Assembly: GCF_009914755.1 (NCBI RefSeq)
Contig: NC_060940.1
DNA from: the human T2T-CHM13v2.0 reference genome, Homo sapiens
Strand: one strand, 5' to 3'
DNA length: 64,000 bases
Shown here: positions 56,972 to 64,000 of the stretch, piece after piece
Layout of the letters: each line of letters opens with the position of its first letter
Numbering within the stretch: position 1 is the first letter of the stretch
Notes under the pieces: generated by a model
What the model was told of the DNA's origin: nothing
The model's database searches: none
The model's input: only the letters and a program-made list of their open reading frames with translations
Made by a program: the position numbers and the translations under genes

Positions 56972-57280
56972 TAGTAGAGACGGGGTTTCACCATGTTGGT
57001 CAGGATGGTCTTGAACTCCTGACCTCAGGTGATCCACCTGCCTTGCCCTCCCAAAGTGCTGGGATTACAGGTGTGAGCCACCGCACCCAGCCTGTGTCTT
57101 CATCTATAATGTGAGAACATTGAGAATCCTTTTCTCACTCGGGTGTTGGGAAGATGAAATGATGTAGTGCTTTGTAAATTATAAAGCGCCCTTTGTAAAT
57201 CCTAAAGCATCGTGCAGCATCAGCATAGGGGATGATGGTATTTGTTTTGCGTCAAGGTCGGGCTCCGTGGTGGGACTTGC

Positions 57281-57425
57281 CAGCAATGCTTGCAAGATGG
57301 AGGTGCTGCCCTGAGCTTGCAGGTGGGTCACCCATTGCATAGCCTCATGACACGCTGCATCTGTGGTCTCCACCAGCGTGTCCTGCCATGACTGAAGGCT
57401 CTCTGCAAAGCTGAGCAGGTTAAAA
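57281..57425 (-). CDS. VWA3A: VWA3A coding exon (S-FNLLSFAE...GSTSILQALL), ending in a GC donor
   Basis: Acceptor CCTCCCCAG|T; 145 nt; donor CTG|GCAAGT gives the phase 0 needed by the next exon; GST carries the MIDAS Thr. Confidence 0.88.
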
Positions 57426-57558
57426 CTGGGGAGGAGGAAAAGAGGAGGTGAGGGGCAGAGAAGGGGAGAAAGAGATTGGTTAGAACAGGCCTGTCTAGAT
57501 TGAATTCAGATAAGTTACCCTCATGAGGACTATTCTTGCTCGTCACTGAAGACCCCTA

Positions 57559-57783
<225 letters not shown>

Positions 57784-58412
57784 CTACGAAAAAGATTTTT
57801 AAAAAATTAGCCAGGCATGGTGGTGTGCGCCTGTAGTCCAAGCTACTTGGGAGGCTGAGGTGGGAGATCACTTGAGCCCAGGACGTTGAGGCTGCAGCGA
57901 GCTATGATCACACCACTGCACTCCAGCCTGGGAGACAGAGTGAGACCCCGTCTCAAAACAAACAAGCAAACAAACAACCCAAACAATCCTATCTCAGCCA
58001 GTGACTGGTTACCCGATCTTCAGCAAGTGTCTTAACCTCTTGAAGTCCTGGCTTCCTTTTCTGAAAAATGGGGGCCGATAACAGCAACACCTCACGGGCT
58101 CATTGTGAGAGTTGATGAAATGATGCGTGTAAAGCATCTGGTGCACAGAAAGTGCTCAATAAATGTATACTCTGATTAAGGCAAGAACGAGGCCTAGTCT
58201 ACGATGAGAGTCCCCTGGGGTCCCCTTCGGGTCAACCCTTCTGGATGGGGAAAATAAACAACTTCCTCCACTCAAAAATCAAGTTCACAAAAATTAAAAA
58301 AATTAAATCATTAAATAATTTAAAACAAATCAAGTTCAGCTGAAAGCCATACTTCAAGGCCACATGGTAGTTCCTTTGCTGTGCTTGCAATTGTCCCTAG
58401 GCCTGAAATTAA

Positions 58413-58616
<204 letters not shown>

Positions 58617-58905
58617 TGACACTTTGTTGCTGAGACTGGTCTTGAATTCCTGAGCTCAAGTGATCCTCCTGCCTTGGCCCCCAAAATTGCTGGGATTACA
58701 GGTATGAGCCACCATACCCGGCCTCTAAAAACTGATTTCCTTCACAGCAGAGCAGAATACAGTGCTCTTTCCTACTCAAACGCGTTACTCAGAAGAGCAT
58801 CTCAGAAACTCCAGGCCTGTTGGCACTGAGAAGAGGGGGCGTGCTTGGCCAGGGAAGCCCCAGGAACTGCCCCTTTGATCTTCCTGATCAGCCCTCGCCT
58901 CCTAC

Positions 58906-59050
58906 CTGTCACAGCACTTCCGCAGCTGTTCCCAAATCAGCAAAACCAGCTCTGTCTTCACCTGCTGCAGGTAGGGGCCCATGGACCCTGACGTGTCCAG
59001 CAATATGCATACTTTGCTCTCCAAAACGGTGCCAAACAGTCGGCGGCTCC
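58906..59050 (-). CDS. VWA3A: VWA3A coding exon (G-SRRLFGTVLESKVCILLDTSGSMGPYL...KCCD)
   Basis: Acceptor GAGCAG|GG, donor CAG|GTAGGA; 145 nt; MIDAS DxSxS = DTSGS. Confidence 0.93.
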
Positions 59051-60537
59051 CTGCTCCGAGACAGGTGGGGAAGAGGCAGGGAGGGAGTGAGGGGTCCCTC
59101 CTCCTGGGTGGTTTCCCTCACTCTATCTATCAAGTATAAAGTCTTGTGACACCTGTTGCCTGCCTGATCATTGATTGGATGTCACCCCACTGAGAGACGG
59201 CTTTTGTGGTGCTGTGGGAGGGGTCGATTGTCCAAGGACAGACCTGGTCAGTGGTTTGGGCTTTGGGAGATCGAGATTTCAGCTCTGGCTTTGTCTGTGA
59301 TGAGTTGCACAAGCGGTTATAACCTCCTGGGCTTGAATTTCCTTATCCTTAAAGTTAAGTGATTGGATTAAATAGTACCATGACATTGTTTTAAAATATT
59401 AGATGGTGTTTGGGTGTGTACTGGTATGTGAGCTGGGGGATTCATACTACAAAAGAAATCGCTGGATCTCTGGTTTTATGTCACCGTTCCCAGGGGTAAT
59501 GTGAACCGAGGGTGGAGAGAGGCTCACGCCTTCTCTGTCCCAGCTCAGCCTCTGACCTGACAACTGTACCTGAAGCAGCAGTCATCATGACGCCCCTGTC
59601 CATGGACTGTCTATACCAGGTCCTACTGCAGAGGACTGGACCTAATGAATTTACACAGGACCCTGAGTGGCACGTACAAAGCCACCTGTAGGATCTCTAT
59701 ATAGGACTCCCTTCCTCCCTCCTCCTGATGCCCCAGAAACCCTCCAGGCCCCATAGCCCGAATCCCCTCCTGTCCAGTTCTAGCTGTCTGCCTGTCTTCT
59801 TGGGCTTGATGCTTCCAGACCGTCTCTTAATCCACAGCCCAACCCTGTCCATTCACCTCTCCTGGAGGGGACTTGGTGCTCTCTGTAAAGAGGTACACAG
59901 TAGCTCACACCTATAACCCCAGGACTTTGGGAGGCTGAGGCAGGAGGATAGCTTGAGCCTAGGAGTTCGGGGCCAGCCTGTGCAACATAGAAAGACTCTG
60001 TATCTAAAAAAAATAAATAAAGTAAGCTGGGCATGGTGGCACGTGCCTGTAGTCTCAGGTCCTTGCAAGGTTGAGGTGGGAGGATTGCTTGTGCCCAGTT
60101 CAAGGCTGCAGTAAGCCATGACTGCACCACTGGACTCCAGACTAGGTGACAGAGAAAGACCCTGTTTCTAAAACAAAACAAAACAGAGGGTTTCTGCTCT
60201 GTCAGTTCCCCTTACCATCTGCATCTCCAGGGGCTGTTTTGCTGGGGCGCAGTCAATATTAAAGCAAACCTTTTGACAGTGAGCCCCTTGTCACTTGCAG
60301 GAAGGCAAGGTGTGGCAGGTGGCCTTGCAGAGCAGGCTGGGATGCGTGTGAGCTCCCGCTGGGGCTCTTTGGCCCATGTTCCACCTCCCTGTTATCCAGC
60401 CCCTTGCCTGTCCTCTGAACCCACTGTCATTTTTTTTTTTTTTGGATAGAGTTTCACTCTTGTTGCCCAGGATGGAGTGCAGTGGCGCGATCTCAGCTCA
60501 CTGCAACCTCTGCGATTTTCCTGCCTCAGCCTCCTGA

Positions 60538-60753
<216 letters not shown>

Positions 60754-60867
60754 TGATCTGCAGTTCTTGAAGGCCTGGCTTTGGAAGGACTGACACTGGG
60801 GTCCCTGGGGCTAGCCTTCTACATCCCCTCATGCTCCTCCACCCTTCAGGGCAGTGGGCAGGCTCAC

Positions 60868-60976
60868 CGGACAGCAGCCACTGCAGCCTCTGGACATAGC
60901 GCCTTAACACCTTCTCCAAGTGCCTGATGTACACCTCCATCTCCCTGGGCGTCCACTGGATGTGTCTCACCACTCC
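60868..60976 (-). CDS. VWA3A: VWA3A coding exon (GVVRHIQWTPREMEVYIRHLEKVLRRYVQRLQWLLS)
   Basis: Acceptor ACCCAG|GGA, donor CCG|GTGAGC; 109 nt. Confidence 0.92.
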
Positions 60977-61573
60977 CTGGGTTAAGGCAAGCAGAGGCAA
61001 GCACCCACCCCATCAGTCATTTCTTCATATCCCCATCACCCCCTAAAATTGTTTATTCCATTGTGGTTAACAATTCTCAAAATATTTGTTGGCTGGGCAC
61101 GGTGGCTCATGCCTGTAATCCCAGCGCTTTGGGAGGCCGAGGCAGGAGGATCGCTTGAGCCCAAGAGATCAAGACCAGCCTGGGTAACATAGGGAGACCT
61201 CATCTCTACCAAAAACAGAAAATTTAGCTGGTGTGGTGGCATGTGTCTGTGGTCCCAGCTGCTTGGGGGAGGCTGAGGTGGGAGGATTGCCTGAGCCCAG
61301 GGAGGTAGAGGCTGCAGTGAGCTGTGATTGCACCACTGCACTCCTGCCTGGATGACAGAGCAAGATCCTGTCTCAACAAACAAACAAAAACCCACAAAAA
61401 ACAACCATCTGTTAAGTGTATTTTTTTTTTTTGTTTAAAGCCTTTTTTTCTTCTATTAAACTAGTGGATTTATGGTTCTACAAAGGAGTAGGGAATTAAG
61501 ATTTTTTTTTTGGTAAATGCAGTTGCTATATTAATAAAAATCATAATAATTTCTGATTTTTTTTTTTTTTTGA

Positions 61574-61871
<298 letters not shown>

Positions 61872-62131
61872 TAAAATAGAAAACTCTAAATGGTGGGGTA
61901 AGAAGTTCATAAATTTTGAACTGAAAGATGACTTCAGGTGGAGAGGGGCAACATGCTAGAATGACCCTATATTCCTCTAGTGAATAATTTTGAATTTTGT
62001 GGCTATTTTTAGTTTCCCCTAATCTTGACAATGTAGGATAAGAGGGCAAGGAGAGAAATGATCAGATTTTCATTCTGTACTAAATTTACTTGTTCCAGTG
62101 TCAAAGCAATAAAAAATCACCCCAAAATTAG

Positions 62132-62635
<504 letters not shown>

Positions 62636-62827
62636 TAGGCCCTCTGGGAAGTTGGCTTTTCTTCCAACAGGATTTTGCATCTCCTATTTGGTGAGGGGAG
62701 TCCCACTTTGGGGAGGAGGGCAGTTCCTACAAGCAGAAATAGAGGCCACAGTGCCCTACACTGCTCTCTGCCATTTGCAGCTGAGTTGGGGGAGAAAAAA
62801 AAGACGATGATGAAAATTGTGACTTAC

Positions 62828-62965
62828 ATGGATCTCAACGCTGGGGAAGATGCTGCAGTGTTTGGCGGATGCTGACCTCTGTCCTGACTTTTGATGAGTG
62901 CAGTTGGGACCCATGCATCTGGAAATCTCCAGCTTCAATTTTTTGAGCCCATATTTTGCCACCCA
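62828..62965 (-). CDS. VWA3A: VWA3A coding exon (WVAKYGLKKLKLEISRCMGP...FPSVEIH)
   Basis: Acceptor TTCTAAAG|TGG, donor CAT|GTAAGT; 138 nt, phase 0/0. The gene continues beyond the window end. Confidence 0.9.
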
Positions 62966-64000
62966 CTTTAGAATAAAGGAAAGAACTATTATCTTAGGCA
63001 ATTCAGACTCAACTGAATGATCATCTGACTGGTCTATGAGAACCTCATGTTTGAAACCTGTATGATGTTTGAAATGTGGGATTCCCAGGTCCTCACAGAG
63101 CATCCATCCCATGCAGATTCCTTCCCTGGCTTTGGGGGAGAAATGCACAAGAAATATGGGGGTGCAGGCTGGACGCGGTGGCTCATGCCTGTAATCCTAG
63201 CACTTTGGGAGGCTGACAGCGGTGGTTCTCAAACTCCTGAGGTCAGGAGTTTGAGAACAGCCTGGCCAACATGGTGAAACCCCATCTCTACTAAATACAA
63301 AAAATTAGCCAGGAGTGGTGGTGCATGCCTGTAATCCCAGCTACTTGGGAGGCTGAGGCAGGAGAATCGTTTGAACCCAGGAGGCGGAGGTTGCAGTGAT
63401 AGTGCTACTGCACTCCAGCCTGGGCAACAAGAGTGAAACTCTGTCTCAAAAAAAAAAAAAAAGAAAGAAAGAAAGAAAGAAATAGTGGGGGTGAAGAACA
63501 AAATCTATCGCGCACCTCCCAGACCCTAGTCTAGTGGACACTGTTACTTCCCTAACATCCATTTCAACCCCACCTACAACATTTTTTAGTATATGTGCTG
63601 CTGAAGTGAGCACCCCACCTACAATATTTGAGTGGAAAGCCCTGATTGGTCTAAAGCTTAGACTCTAAGCCAATTAGGATAATCTCAGTCTCCTTGTCAC
63701 AATGAGGGACACAAGAATGGGCAGGCTCAAAGCAGCCAGGGATGGCATCTGCCATCGGCACAATCAGAACCATGCTCAGGCTTTTATTGAATAGCTGTGG
63801 GACAACTATCCCCTTATGCACAAGAAGTGGGATTTCTGTTGATTTCACTTTAAAGAATCTTCACATCAATCTTATTTGACTGGCACAATTGTCCTTATTT
63901 TACAAAGGCAGTGAGATTGAGTATAGCTAGGTGATTTGCCCAAGGTCACCCAGGCAGGAAGTGGCAGACCTAGATTTTGAATTTAGGTCTATTTAACCCT

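Overview
Human (primate) genomic DNA, very Alu-dense (roughly 70 Alu copies plus old L1, L2, MIR, MLT1 and MER remnants). I recognise it as the VWA3A - SDR42E2 - tRNA-Leu(TAG) - EEF2K cluster (16p12.2 from memory), with all three protein genes on the minus strand of this window. Contents: (1) the CpG-island promoter and non-coding first exon of EEF2K (~535-936); (2) a tRNA-Leu(TAG) gene on the + strand (11422-11503); (3) the complete SDR42E2 gene (~44710 to ~15465), whose 12 coding exons I assembled by hand into a 1269-nt frame (422 aa extended SDR / 3-beta-HSD-like enzyme with a C-terminal hydrophobic anchor); (4) the last 8 coding exons and 3' UTR of VWA3A (C-terminal VWA domain). I see no new multi-gene system. 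The most notable signal is a 612-nt stop-free, in-frame 'intron' (exitron) in SDR42E2 encoding a CxxCxxC motif and ~12 GPGAGSVP repeats (626-aa form). Others are an in-frame 3-codon uORF, a Sp/KLF-motif repeat array in the SDR42E2 3' UTR, a young AluYb8-type insertion and several traces of template-switch or gene-conversion events. Almost all other ORFs in the supplied track are Alu or GC-rich noise. Repeat boundaries and subfamilies are by eye and approximate.
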